Below, piece by piece: positions 38,574 through 52,745 of a DNA stretch of 64,000 bases (the stretch's first letter is position 1; every line of letters starts with the position of its first letter). This stretch comes from Octopus bimaculoides (lineage: Eukaryota). The DNA is taken from NCBI RefSeq assembly GCF_001194135.2, contig NC_068985.1, positions 10,561,633 through 10,625,632 on the forward strand. Reading direction: 5' to 3'. Below the pieces are notes generated by a model, which made no database searches, was not told where the DNA came from, and worked only from the letters and a program-made list of their open reading frames with translations. Position numbers and translations under genes: made by a program.

Positions 38574-38890
38574 AGCACTCCGTCGCTTACGACGTCGAGG
38601 CTTCCAGCTGATACGATTAACGGAACAGATTGCTCGTGAAATTAACGTGCAAGTGACTGAGCATTCCACAGACACGTGTACCCTTAAGGTAGTTTCTCAG
38701 GGAGATTCAGGGTGACAGAGTGTGACAAGGCTGGCCTTTTGAAATATAGGTACTACTAATTTTTGACAGCTGAGTAGACTAAAGCAACGTGAAATAAAGT
38801 GTTTTGCTCAAGGACACAACGCATCGACGGGAATTGAACCCACGACCTTACGATCTTGAGCGGAATGCCTTAACCACTAAGCCACGCTCC
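38574..38890 (-). mobile_element. SINE family A variant
   Basis: Shared 3' body; head resembles the 8306 variant (ctcaaggacacaacgca...gggaattgaacc). Confidence 0.78.
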
Positions 38891-39212
38891 TTCTTTAAGA
38901 CAATGATGGGGGCAATGAATGGTATCATAATTTCAGTAGGTTTGAAAAGAAATTATTTAAGACAGACCAAATTGTTGTCCGTTGTTAGCTGCGAGCATTA
39001 CAGCATTTGCATGGAGATTGCAATATTGTATGAGGCATCTCAGAAAGGTTATCGATTATCCCAGTGAGGATAGAGAGTTGCCGAAAGAGATTACATCACA
39101 GTATTCTGTCCGTGGTTGGAATAAATAAAAAGAAAGTGAGCTATTTACGACTGAGAAGTGTTACAGTATCAATTCAATTTGACTTCGCACATTGTACCTG
39201 CTGAAATCCATG

Positions 39213-39251
<39 letters not shown>

Positions 39252-39267
39252 NNNNNNNNNNNNNNNN

Positions 39268-39322
<55 letters not shown>

Positions 39323-39499
39323 CTGCGTAAGCGCACATAAATGTGTGTGTGTGTGTGTGTGTATGTACATGTCTTTGTTCCGACCCTCTTTACCTTCTGT
39401 TGAAATCTACAGACGTAATTACCATCTATACATGACGAATAAATTAAGTAAAGACCGAGGACGCTTGATCGACGGATTTATTGATGTTTCTGGCCGAGA

Positions 39500-39683
39500 C
39501 AGGTAAAGGGATTAAATTAATTTCATCAACCCCAGTGCGTAAGTGGTATTTATTTAATCGACCCCGAAAGGATTAAAAGCAAAATCGACCCAGGCGGAAT
39601 TTGAACTCAGAAAGTAACGGCAGACAAAATACCGATAAACATCTCGCCCGGCGTGCTAACATTTCTGCCAGATCGCCACCTTA
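39500..39683 (-). mobile_element. SINE family C
   Basis: aaccccagtgcgtaagtggta...gatcgccacctta. Confidence 0.78.
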
Positions 39684-40369
39684 GAAGCGGGAAGATATTA
39701 TGAAGTTTTTGTCTGTATCGATATATGCATGTCCAGTTTTTGATTTATTAACTCTACGATCTACCCATTCAATTAGGATACAAAATGATTCCGTACCCAC
39801 AATCACGTGTACCCTGAACAAAATGCTCGCTGGGAATCACCGTAACACCTTGTAACACGCAGTGACACGGTTGAACCCTTGAATGACATGTTTACTTCAC
39901 CCGACGGGTTTCCTCAGATTTATGAACGCGGTTTAGTTTGGACCCAAGTCTGACACAGTTGGATCGAACACGTACCTTATGATTACGAAATGAACTTGGT
40001 CAACACGCAGCTACCTGCATGATCCACCTCATAATTAATCATAAAATGAAATTTGAATGAATGGACATTGTAATTGCGTCTTTGTTTTATATTATTCAGT
40101 TCAAACAAATAATCTAAACATTTGTTCTTCACTTTTTAACTCCACATATTTTTCCATAAAACATTAAGAGCAACAATTGTGTTTTAAGTGGATCATCTTC
40201 CTGTCTTTGTTTTTTTATATGTCTTTGCTTTATTCAATTTTATTTTTCATGTTTTATTTGTGTATTCTGGAGAGAAGCTATCAATTAACTCAGCATCACA
40301 AATTCGACAAACTTTTGTGTGATATTCTTTTTTTCTTCTTGTTTTTAGTACTTCCTACAGATAGAATAT

Positions 40370-40750
40370 GGAAGCGCAAGGGCCTAGTGGTTAGGGCAGC
40401 GGACTCGCGGTCGTAGAATCGCAGTTTCGATTCCCAGACCCGGTGTTGTTCGCTTTTCTTGAGCGAAAATACCTAAAGCTCCCCGAGGCTCCGGCAGGGG
40501 ATGGTGGCGAACCCTGCTGTACTCTTTCACCACAACTTTCTCTCACTCTTTCTTCCTGTTTCTGCGTGTACCTGTATTTCGTAAGGGCCAGCCTTATCAC
40601 ACTCTGTGTCACGCTGAATCTCTCCAAGAACTACGTTAAGGGTATACGTGTCTATGGAGTGCTCAGCCACTTGCACGTTAATTTCACGAGCAGGCTGTTC
40701 CGTTGATCTGATCAACTGGAACTCACGTCGCCGTAACCGACGGAGTGCCA
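40370..40750 (+). mobile_element. SINE family A, full length
   Basis: ggaagcgcaagggcctagtggttagggcagcggactcgc...gacggagtgcca. Confidence 0.88.
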
Positions 40751-42081
40751 ACAGATAGAATAACAGTTAACGCATGCTCAATATAATTTCCATTTATCCA
40801 CTCCTTATCCACTCCATTACTGACCTGGTCAACTACAGTTCTTTGTTTTATAATTGCCTTTAGCGTATAGCTTTCAGTAATACTTGCATAAAGTTGGCAC
40901 GGGTTGCTACTAAATCATGTGTGTGTTTTTTTTCGTCTTTGCTTCCCTCCTCCATAAATCTGTTTTTACTTTGGCCCCCCCCCCATTGAAATCCGATACA
41001 ACGTCCTAACATCACATGCAATGTAACCTAAACCATATCACTATATTTATACCAATCAGATGCCTTTGCATGATTCTTTGAAGAATTGACCTATTGGAAA
41101 TAGGTTAATTGGATGTCATGTTCAGAACTTTAAGGAAACATTTAACCCGTTTAAATTTGCTATGTTACAGATAACATAGGTTACGATTGATACAATATTG
41201 ATAAACAAAGCGAAATATTCTACATTGATTAGTAACAATTCTCTGAGTCCGAATGTTCAAATTGGGAATAAAATCCTCAACATAGATAAATCATTTGTAA
41301 AACAAATGAGAGCGTCGTATTCAAGTCCCCATCTCACTCCCGCCATCTCTATCTTTTTACCTCCATCCCTGTCTCTCTCATTTTTTCTCTTTATCTTTCT
41401 CTCCCTCTGTCTCTGTTTCCCTTTCTGTCAATAAATGACACTTCTCAGATATGCAAATATTTTGTACAGCACACAGCACGAGTTGAAATGTTCTCACTGT
41501 TATTTGCAGCCCTACTGTCTTAAGTGCTAAACTGCATAATCCTTTGTTTACATAACCTAAATTCTGAGCGAATGACCTGTATACATTGCTTCACTTCACT
41601 GCAGTTAGATTTATCTTATCTATTATAGCGCACAAGTAAATAAATGCAGTATAACAGCTCTATAAATCAAAGTGCTTATCCTGCTCTTGTGAGAGTAGTT
41701 TTATTAAGAAATTACTGTACATGTCACCCTTGTTTCTTAGATTATTTGTTTTGTAACGTTTTAGCACTTGTTATAAGTTACGTAAATACTTTGAATTAGA
41801 TCGTCTGTTGCTACGTGGAAATGACACTATAGTGTGTTTTGTCATTGTATAGCAAACACAACTGGACGAACAAACATCATGCAAGCAGCACCTGTATGCA
41901 TTATAACATTAAGGCTGCATATATAATGAATTTTACTCATTTACCACATAGAATAAAACAAGCGAGTATCTTACACAGTTCTTCTCCCTACGAATTACAT
42001 GGAAACAATAACACTTAATCCATCGATTGATATAATGCGAATATAATAATCACGATAAAAATGCGAGTTGGTCATGGTTTA

Positions 42082-42130
42082 ATTACTATTCGCCATCCAT
42101 TACTATTCGCCATCCATTACTATTCGCCAT
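42082..42130 (+). repeat. 17-bp tandem repeat (attactattcgccatcc) x2.9
   Basis: Direct reading. Confidence 0.9.
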
Positions 42131-42287
42131 GGATGATTTACAACAGAAAGATAACGACAACAACCCAACATATTCTGAATCGAGAGGGCAGTTTGAGAAA
42201 TGTAAGGTTTGACAAATTTGCAGTAAAGTCTCAGTGAAGGCTACGAACCAGCAATCGTTCTGTTGATTATTTGATGTAAAGTTGACT

Positions 42288-42446
42288 ATAGGAGCGGCTG
42301 TGTGGTAAGCAGATTACTTACCAGCCGCATGGTTCTGCGTACAGTCCCACTGCGTGGCACTTTGGGCAAGTGTCTTCTACCATAGCCTCAGGTCGATCAA
42401 AGGGTCGTGAGTTGATTTAGTAGACGGAAACTGAAAGAAGCCTTTC

Positions 42447-42484
<38 letters not shown>

Positions 42485-43000
42485 NNNNNNNNNNNNNNNN
42501 NNNNNNNNNNNNNNNNNNNNNNNNNNNNNNNNNNNNNNNNNNNNNNNNNNNNNNNNNNNNNNNNNNNNNNNNNNNNNNNNNNNNNNNNNNNNNNNNNNNN
42601 NNNNNNNNNNNNNNNNNNNNNNNNNNNNNNNNNNNNNNNNNNNNNNNNNNNNNNNNNNNNNNNNNNNNNNNNNNNNNNNNNNNNNNNNNNNNNNNNNNNN
42701 NNNNNNNNNNNNNNNNNNNNNNNNNNNNNNNNTGTGTGTGTGTGTGTGTCTGTGTCTGTGTGTGTGTCTGTGTCTGTGTGTGTGTCTGTGTGTCTGTTTA
42801 TATATGTTTGTGTGTCGCTTGAAAACTGATGGTGGTGTGTTTACGTTCCCGCAAGTTAGCGGTTCAGCAAAAGAGACCGATAGAATAAGTACTTGGCTTA
42901 CAAAGAATAAGTCCTATGGGTAGATTTGCTCGACTAATGGCGGTGCTCCAGCATGGCCGCAGTCAAATGACTGAAACAAGTAAAAGAATAAAAGAATACG
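42288..43000 (+). mobile_element. SINE family B (gap in internal microsatellite)
   Basis: ataggagcggctgtgtggtaag...gactgaaacaagtaaaagaataaaagaata. Confidence 0.85.
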
Positions 43001-43439
43001 ATAGTGGAAAAACATTGAGGCACAGAAAAACACGGAGACGTTTATGTGTCTTGGAGTCTGTATTCAAGATTGATGGAAAGTAGGAGGGTTAACTGGAGGC
43101 TAGATTTGCCGGTGTTAGTACAATAAAGCGCTTGTTCCGGCATTAAAGTCTGAGAAGAGAGGTTGGTAAAAAGCCAAAATCGCTTTTTCCAGTTGTGTTA
43201 TGGTGCCAAAATGCAAACATCATCATGAATGACGGGTAATGAACGACACAAACTACATTTATATATGCGTGCGTGAGTGGGTGTGTGTGTATATGTGTGT
43301 GTGCGTGCGCGTTTTATATTAAATTATATAAATTTATAAATGTATGTATAAGTTTATGTATATCTATATTCTATATGCGTCTGTTGCATGTTCACTAACT
43401 TCTTGTGTATTTATGTATATACGTATCATACATACATAC

Positions 43440-43475
<36 letters not shown>

Positions 43476-45794
43476 NNNNNNNNNNNNNNNNNNNNNNNNN
43501 NNNNNNNNNNNNNNNNNNNNNNNNNNNNNNNNNNNNNNNNNNNNNNNNNNNNNNNNNNNNNNNNNNNNNNNNNNNNNNNNNNNNNNNNNNNNNNNNNNNN
43601 NNNNNNNNNNNNNNNNNNNNNNNNNNNNNNNNNNNNNNNNNNNNNNNNNNNNNNNNNNNNNNNNNNNNNNNNNNNNNNNNNNNNNNNNNNNNNNNNNNNN
43701 NNNNNNNNNNNNNNNNNNNNNNNNNNNNNNNNNNNNNNNNNNNNNNNNNNNNNNNNNNNNNNNNNNNNNNNNNNNNNNNNNNNNNNNNNNNNNNNNNNNN
43801 NNNNNNNNNNNNNNNNNNNNNNNNNNNNNNNNNNNNNNNNNNNNNNNNNNNNNNNNNNNNNNNNNNNNNNNNNNNNNNNNNNNNNNNNNNNNNNNNNNNN
43901 NNNNNNNNNNNNNNNNNNNNNNNNNNNNNNNNNNNNNNNNNNNNNNNNNNNNNNNNNNNNNNNNNNNNNNNNNNNNNNNNNNNNNNNNNNNNNNNNNNNN
44001 NNNNNNNNNNNNNNNNNNNNNNNNNNNNNNNNNNNNNNNNNNNNNNNNNNNNNNNNNNNNNNNNNNNNNNNNNNNNNNNNNNNNNNNNNNNNNNNNNNNN
44101 NNNNNNNNNNNNNNNNNNNNNNNNNNNNNNNNNNNNNNNNNNNNNNNNNNNNNNNNNNNNNNNNNNNNNNNNNNNNNNNNNNNNNNNNNNNNNNNNNNNN
44201 NNNNNNNNNNNNNNNNNNNNNNNNNNNNNNNNNNNNNNNNNNNNNNNNNNNNNNNNNNNNNNNNNNNNNNNNNNNNNNNNNNNNNNNNNNNNNNNNNNNN
44301 NNNNNNNNNNNNNNNNNNNNNNNNNNNNNNNNNNNNNNNNNNNNNNNNNNNNATATATATATATATATGAGTGTGTGTGTGTATGAATATATATATGTGT
44401 ATGTATTGTATGTATGTATGTAAACATGTATATGACTGTATGTATGTATAATGCAGAGAGAGAGATAATCTAATCTATATCTATCTTGAGTGATAGATAT
44501 ATAAGTTAGAGATGCGTCTAATATTAAATACATAAAAATATTGTAAAGTTTACAATTCCACATACGATCCGAGTAAACTATGCCAAACAACTTCTTAAGT
44601 ATCTACTCATTTCTCATTCATAGCCATAAAACATAATCTGAAGTGCGTAGGCCTGTATATAGGAAATCTATGAAGAATCTTGATTTGTTGAGATTTTAGT
44701 AGACAAAACTGTCTGTCTATTGATAAATTTCGCAAAAGATCACTGATTGCAGATATTTACTAAAAATAGCAAGTTGAGAGCAATTAATATTTTTGGCTAT
44801 GATAGGCACTTGGCAAATTTAAAAGGATGGATGAAATAAAATAAGAACTAACAAAATACATTACTTTAAAGAAGTACAACTACATCGCTAATAAGGCTAA
44901 AATATATAAAATTGTATAGCAATATCGTTGTTACTTAAGGAATCAATTGCAAATTTGAATGATCGTATGCCCGCAAAACAAACAACTTTCGATGACAGTG
45001 TTTCTATTAGGTCAGCAATCACAAGATAGAGAAGGAAAGTGTACTCTAGAATGCCTTGATTTACTAAATCAGTGATGACTTGTGGAGGTACAACATAGAG
45101 TAAACACTTGATTTGCAAGAAACAGCAGAAGAATTTTCTTTGAGTTACATAAGAACAGAATAAGAAGAGTACACACATATACACATAAAGCTGAGAGTAG
45201 CAAGTGGCTGACTCGTCTAAAACGATATACAATTGTACGTATATGTGTGTATATGTGCATGTATGTATGCTTCATTTATAATGAAGGAAATATATGTTTC
45301 TAGCATAAAGTGGTTAGGAGTACATAATATGCTAAACAAAGGAAGGAATGAAACTGGTAGGAGTCGAGGACGATAAAGCTGACAAATGTCAACTGTTGAA
45401 ATTTATTTGAATAACAAGATCAAAAGAAATGAGGACATAAAAAACAACAACCACAGCTGCACCAACAGTAACATCAACCACAACAACAAATACTACTGCT
45501 ACTACTTCAACTGCAACCGCTACACATTTACACGCTCATGTTGTTACTGAAGTATCCTTACTGAGCCTACGTTTGGATTCCATTACATTGATTGTACAGA
45601 TTACATTTGTTTTTTCTTTTACTTTTCTCAGTTTATAAATATTTTACTATCATCTCTACAAATGTCGAATTATGATATATGTCTGCATACACATCTCGGC
45701 ATACATACATGCACGTAAACATGCACATAGATGTACATGCACACATTGATGCTCTACTACTGCCATTGATGTTACTGCTAGTAACATTAATAAT

Positions 45795-46200
45795 TATTTC
45801 AAATTTTTGACACAAGGGCAGCTTGGGGGTGGTGTGGATGAGTCGATTACATTGATCCCAGTGTGCAACCGGTACTTATTGTATCGACCACCGAAAGCAT
45901 AAAAGGTAAAGTCGACCTCGGCGGAATTTGAACTCAGAACGTAGCGACGGGCGAAATAAGACTGAGCATTTCGTCCAGCGTGCAACCGATTCTGCCAGCT
46001 CACCGCCTTCAAGTAACATTAATAATAACGGTCTACTTCAAATTTTGCTGCAAAGCCAGTAATAAGTATATGACTGGTATTTTATTTCATCGACGCGATA
46101 GGATGAAAGGCAATGTTGACTTCAATGGTATTTAGATTCGGAAAGTAAAGAGCCGGAAGAATATCGCTGCTAAGCATGTTCTCTAACGCGTAAGAGTGAT
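45795..46200 (-). mobile_element. SINE family C, full copy plus a diverged adjacent copy
   Basis: tttcaaatttttgacacaaggg...gctcaccgcctt. Confidence 0.78.
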
Positions 46201-46413
46201 GCTACAAGTTTTTGAAATTAATTCATATGAAGTGAAAATTCTGTTGTCGAGCAACAGAAAAAAACCCCGTAATTCTATAGGACAAGGTACCATTTTATAC
46301 AATGACTTCAAAAATTCAACGGGGCAATATTAAATCAAGTTGTACAACTCTGCATTGCTTGGCAGAAGCAAAGCCAAATACCCTAAACTGTGTGCAGAGC
46401 AAAAATCATTATT

Positions 46414-46626
46414 CCATAACATATTACCAAGTATATTAAGGGTTCATAAGTCAATACTCTGTTCTACCTGTGTTAGCAGTGCGATTCAATCATTTTAAAA
46501 AATGGCTCTAGTTTCTGTGGAGAATCTACAGAGATAACTTTAAAAAGAGATTGAAGTGCACTGCTAACACCGGTAGGACAGAGTATTGACATATAAGCCT
46601 TTAATATACTTGGAAGTATATTATGG
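46414..46626 (+). repeat. 213-bp foldback (long imperfect inverted repeat)
   Basis: Arms ccaagtatattaagg...gttagcagtgc / gcactgctaacacc...taatatacttgg, with pairing resuming near a central gaa loop. Confidence 0.9.
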
Positions 46627-48056
46627 TTGCACAACGAAACACGGTGTCCTTATCAGCAATTGATATTATATACAAAGTAAGTTAAGATTCGTGAAAGTCA
46701 TTCCAGTTTAGTTTAGTTTCCAGTCATATAGAATCTGCTATATATTAGCCAGATATTCTTGTTTGTGTATTTTCAAACTACGTTTGATTGTTTCTTAAAC
46801 CGAAGTCGATGGTGGTTATTGTCAGAACGTTGAAACAGTATAGAAAATTCTGAAACAAATGTATTTAGTACATTGTTGACGCCTCTATATAATATAGTCT
46901 TCCTTTTAACCTGAGGTTGAATTAAACAAGACTGGTGCAAGAAAGTAACTTCAAAGTAAATAATGAGGTTTCTTTTGCTACAGAGAACGTCTATATGTAC
47001 ATAGATAGGATACTGTTTACAGACTCAGCGCTGTTGTGTAACTGGTACTTTTAGCAGTGAACACTACACGGTAAACAAAGCAACGATTAAAAAAGAACTT
47101 TAATAGCGAAGGGTGAAACTATTGTCCAATTTAATCCAGGTTTTATTTTATCTCCAGCTTCAATGTTTCGTCTTTTAAGTATTGTATATAAGATATTTTA
47201 AGAAAGGCATAAATGATTAAATTACTCCATCGTCATAAAACGAAACACAATAGATGGTAATGTAATCTGTTGAGTATTGGCAGATTGCTATAATTAATTA
47301 AGTCGTTTCCTAGTAACGAAATAAAGTGGCTTGTCATATGTAAGTGCAGATGTTAAATGACTGCTGACTTCGTATTCTATTTGTACCTCACCAAATGTAA
47401 ACTAAGATAACTGTAAAATGTTGTTTGAAAAGCAAACAGACCATTGTCCACGTTACAAACAGGCTGACGATCCATCTGCATAGTATATTAACTAACAGAA
47501 TTTTTCGTGACCAGGACATATTATTTTTTACGTCCTTCCTATTTACATGTGTGTCAAAAAGAATTAACTTTCACTGGGCTGGTTTTTATGTAATGCAGTC
47601 TGTTTACAGATAAAGATACAGAACGCACTCAATATGGGTTATTTATTTTAGATTACGTGTTTCAAGGTTGGTTTTATCAAATTATCAGTCATCCAGGAAG
47701 TGCATTTCCGTTATGATTTCAAAACAATTTAAAGGCAAATATTCTAAAGTTTTGTTCTACGTTCATTTAATACTACAAGAAAAATCTTTCCATTTCAGTG
47801 TTTACCGATTTAGTTTTATGACGACAGAATTAGTATTACATATTAACTTCTAAACTGTCATCCAAGACTACTTATTGTAATATCAGATTAAACTCACTCA
47901 GTAGTTTTAGTGAAATAAGTATGTTTCTAAATTGTACGGATGTGTCCGGATGATAGTAATACATGTATAATGTTACGCGGATTAGATTAAAGGGAGTTAA
48001 ATACCGTCATCGTAAACTCATTGCTGTCTTGGCCACGCGATGTAATAAAAAGACCC

Positions 48057-48380
48057 CTTGACGCGCCGTCTTGCATTCTGGCGCTCCAATGGTTACGACG
48101 ACCATGTTTCCATTTGATTCCATCAAGGGAAAAGCCTGTTCGAGAAATTAACGTGCAAGTGGATGATTACTTCACACACAAGTGAAAAATAGCTGAGCAC
48201 TTAACTTAGTTTTCGGGGAGATTCAGCGTGACACAGAACGTAACAAGGCTGCACCTTTCAAGTAGAGCTACGCATCATTTTTACCAGCTGAGTCGATTGG
48301 AGCAACGTGACACCACGACTCGAACTTACGAGTTTACGACCGTGAGCTGAATATGCTACCTACTGAGCCACGCGCCTTCC
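48057..48380 (-). mobile_element. SINE family A variant, diverged
   Basis: gaaattaacgtgcaagtgg and ggggagattcagcgtgacacaga blocks are shared. Confidence 0.7.
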
Positions 48381-48386
48381 TGCAGC

Positions 48387-48437
<51 letters not shown>

Positions 48438-48540
48438 TAGCATAGAGGTTACGTATATATCGGAGAAAATGTTAACATTTTTGAGAAAACCAATAAATAT
48501 TTGCTTTCGAACTAACCTTCCTTACAATATATTTGTTCTA

Positions 48541-48755
48541 GTAAGACGGCGAGCTGGCAGAAACGTTAGCACGCCGGGCGAAATGTTTAGCGGTATTTCG
48601 GATGTCTTTACATTCTGAGTTCAAATTCCGCCGAGGTCGATTTTGCCTTTCATCTTTTCGTGGTCGATAAATTGAGTACCAGTTGTGTACTGGGTCGATC
48701 TAATCGACTGGCCCCTCCCCCAGAATTTCGGGCCTTGTGCCTAGAGTAGAAAAGA
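48541..48755 (+). mobile_element. SINE family C, full length, sense
   Basis: aagacggcgagctggcagaaacgttagcac...cttgtgcctagagtagaaaagaa. Confidence 0.88.
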
Positions 48756-50947
48756 ATATATTTGTTCCAGTGAAGTTGCGTATGTATTTCGGGCGCACTC
48801 TCACCATCATAGTTACTAGTGTTTGCGCCAATCAAAGACAATAACCAATATATCTATTGAAGGAGGTAGTGCTTCAGTCAGGCTATAATCTTCATAGCTT
48901 CTACCAATCTGAATGAAAAAGAAAATTGTAGTTTAAAACCCGTTTTTAAAATTACAAAATTTCCATTGATCTGCTGAGAATTCGTTATCTGAATTGAAAT
49001 ATAGAATTGCAAAATTACGAAGCTGACATTTAACCCATGACACTAACTTTACCCTTCAAAGGTTGTCAAAGAACTTGTGATGTTTATTTATCAGTTTCTA
49101 CTCCTAGTTTGAATAATGCTTTATACAACTTTGCTTTACATATTACCTGGATCGATAAAATACGTAGTGGATTGGTTGTGGTATAGAATATTTCAGTCAC
49201 AATCCACTCCCATAATTGTGGCATCGTCTCCACGATAGAAATCAACAAGAATTGAAGTAGCTAAGTGTTTAGCCATGTTTTTAGCCTCAGTTGACTTCCA
49301 TAATATTCAAGTTGCCATGGAGTGTATAAATGAAAGAAGAGATAGAGAGAGACAGAAAAACAGATAGAGTGAGAGATTGAAAAGTCGCGCTTGCATGTTG
49401 ATCAAACGCAATAATATAAATTCAGGAGAAATATTTTTTAGTGAATAATTAAATAGAGAAGTACCTTTAATCTCACATCTGAAGTTACCCACTTTCAGAT
49501 GTGGCAACCTACGCACCGATTTATATTTAAACCAATTATTTGTAAAGCCGTAATATTGTTGTTCGTATTTGTCGGCACACGATATTGAAAGCCTTATATT
49601 TTCCTCTGGGAATATTACATAAATACAAAAAAGGAATTCTTTTATAACCATGAGAGCAATTTTATATAACACCGTTCTGTCTGACATGATCGAATATAGC
49701 AAATTGCTGTTGTCAACGAAGTCAGTGGAATGTGCATTTGATAAAAGATACACGTGGCCTAAATTTTCATTTTCATTTGACTTAGGAACACAGGTACAAA
49801 GTGAGGTGATATAAATTGTCGATAAGCTAAACCTCAGTAACTGACTGAATTTTATTCATATTACTGTCACATCTACGAAATTAATCTACGAAGGCTTAAA
49901 CTCTGAACTTAAAGAACGATAACTCGATACTGCTTATCATTTTGACCGACTGAAGAATGATTCTGCCAAACAACCGACATATTTAATTTGTTTCTTTAAC
50001 AGTCTCTTGTTATTAATTATTCCCATATTCTCTCCACCATAACCTAGCTGTTAGACCTGTCACCATTATAGGTATTGTATGAAGCCAAACAAAGAGCCAC
50101 TACATAATTGTAGATCTTCCTAGAAACAGCAGTCTAATCTCTCTTAAACAATAGCATACGCTCTTAAAAACAGACAAAAATATCAGTGCGGAATATATTG
50201 AAGTACTTGGTAACATTTTTACTTTTAAATAAGTATGGATGTTAAAGGCTGAAACAACTTGAGTCATATATTATCTCAAACAGGCCAGACTTCGAAATGA
50301 ACAACAATCCGAAGTGTATTGCATATTTCAGGAGTCACGTTGAATGTTTCACTAAGGTTTTTAACTCCGAAGTTGCATTGTTATGGAAATCTCTCATTGC
50401 CTTCATTTTTTTTTTGGGGGGGGGGGNNNNNNNNNNNNNNNNNNNNNNNNNNNNNNNNNNNNNNNNNNNNNNNNNNNNNNNNNNNNNNNNNNNNNNNNNN
50501 NNNNNNNNNNNNNNNNNNNNNNNNNNNNNNNNNNNNNNNNNNNNNNNNNNNNNNNNNNNNNNNNNNNNNNNNNNNNNNNNNNNNNNNNNNNNNNNNNNNN
50601 NNNNNNNNNNNNNNNNNNNNNNNNNNNNNNNNNNNNNNNNNNNNNNNNNNNNNNNNNNNNNNNNNNNNNNNNNNNNNNNNNNNNNNNNNNNNNNNNNNNN
50701 NNNNNNNNNNNNNNNNNNNNNNNNNNNNNNNNNNNNNNNNNNNNNNNNNNNNNNNNNNNNNNNNNNNNNNNNNNNNNNNNNNNNNNNNNNNNNNNNNNNN
50801 NNNNNNNNNNNNNNNNNNNNNNNNNNNNNNNNNNNNNNNNNNNNNNNNNNNNNNNNNNNNNNNNNNNNNNNNNNNNNNNNNNNNNNNNNNNNNNNNNNNN
50901 NNNNNNNNNNNNNNNNNNNNNNNNNNNNNNNNNNNNNNNNNNNNNNN

Positions 50948-51216
50948 TCTAAAAACAGAAACAATTCCTATTATAGTAGGTGCCTTAGGTATAATATAAA
51001 AATATTCAGACAAATACATAACAAAAACACCAGGACTTACAAATATATATAACATACAGAAAATTGCACTACTGGGCACAGCACACATCCTACGCAAAAC
51101 ACTTTCAATACAGTAACCATAAGAGCACCACAGCAAACCACAGCACATACCCAAGGCGCACAGAGCTGCGCTCGGTAGTGAAGTGAAAGCACGTTATAAA
51201 AATAAAACTACTGAAC

Positions 51217-51270
<54 letters not shown>
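50948..51270 (+). mobile_element. 3' end of an R4/Dong-type RLE non-LTR retrotransposon with (AAT)n tail
   Basis: ETIPIIVGALGII*KYSDKYITKTPGLTNIYNIQKIALLGTAHILRKTLSIQ* (stop ends 51116), about 100-nt 3' UTR, then (AAT)n. The 5' part runs into a gap. Confidence 0.85.
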
Positions 51271-51272
<2 letters not shown>

Positions 51273-52670
51273 CAACAACAACAACATTGTTATCAACATC
51301 GTGGGTTCAGCTGTTTCGTCTTTAGAAATAATCAAAATCACAATCGTAATCAATCATTGCTTACAAAAATATGTCATTTATGAGAAGTTTATAGTGGAAG
51401 TTTGACTCTTCTGTCGATGTCGGGGTATGAACGTCGTATGAAAGTGGTGAATATGCCACAAAAGTGTGTATTTAAAAATTCATTCTTAAGTAGGATCACC
51501 ATGACACAATACAAGATCGGATCCTTCCATTACAGATGCAATCCATGCGTGCGACGGATTTTGCAAAGTCTTCTAATTTAACTCATGAGAAACTGTGTGA
51601 AAGGAACTACGTAGTGGTATCGAACCTGGCTCCTAATGTTAGGAAGCGGACTTGTTACCAACATAACCAGCCCCGCTTTATAGTTTAATACTATCAACAT
51701 TACCTCAGCGACAGAGTAGATACCTGCGTGCTTGGATTTCACAAGAAACTAATGGAACATGATTCAGACTAAGCTATTTGTGGGTTTGACTGCACTTTTC
51801 CTACTAAATCGACCAGCACACTTATATTCCAGATATTAAAAATGTTTCCCTTTTACAGTGACAGTGAAATACAACCGATAAAATCCTATGTTGATCTCAG
51901 CTAAATATTTATTCTGTTCTCATTGAGGCTGAAGATGTCTTGCGTTGATTGCTTACTCACTCCAAATTCGTTTCATTAAACGTATTTTTCTAAAATCTGT
52001 CCTGAGAAACAGCAATTAGAAAAGATCATTTCCTGAAATATCATGACAGTAAATACATTAAATTGGTATAACGTTTCTATACTTACTTACTTCTATTTCA
52101 CTTTACCACTAATTGTATCAATGAGTGGTGTATATATATGTATATATATANNNNNNNNNNNNNNNNNNNNNNNNNNNNNNNNNNNNNNNNNNNNNNNNNN
52201 NNNNNNNNNNNNNNNNNNNNNNNNNNNNNNNNNNNNNNNNNNNNNNNNNNNNNNNNNNNNNNNNNNNNNNNNNNNNNNNNNNNNNNNNNNNNNNNNNNNN
52301 NNNNNNNNNNNNNNNNNNNNNNNNNNNNNNNNNNNNNNNNNNNNNNNNNNNNNNNNNNNNNNNNNNNNNNNNNNNNNNNNNNNNNNNNNNNNNNNNNNNN
52401 NNNNNNNNNNNNNNNNNNNNNNNNNNNNNNNNNNNNNNNNNNNNNNNNNNNNNNNNNNNNNNNNNNNNNNNNNNNNNNNNNNNNNNNNNNNNNNNNNNNN
52501 NNNNNNNNNNNNNNNNNNNNNNNNNNNNNNNNNNNNNNNNNNNNNNNNNNNNNNNNNNNNNNNNNNNNNNNNNNNNNNNNNNNNNNNNNNNNNNNNNNNN
52601 NNNNNNNNNNNNNNNNNNNTGATATGTATAGAAAAAAGTCAAGGTAGAAAATGGTAAAATAATTTTATAA

Positions 52671-52745
<75 letters not shown>

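Noticed and set aside
49491-49580. MWQPTHRFIFKPIICKAVILLFVFVGTRY*, a second signal-peptide-like stretch
   Set aside because: It ends in a stop without a convincing donor.
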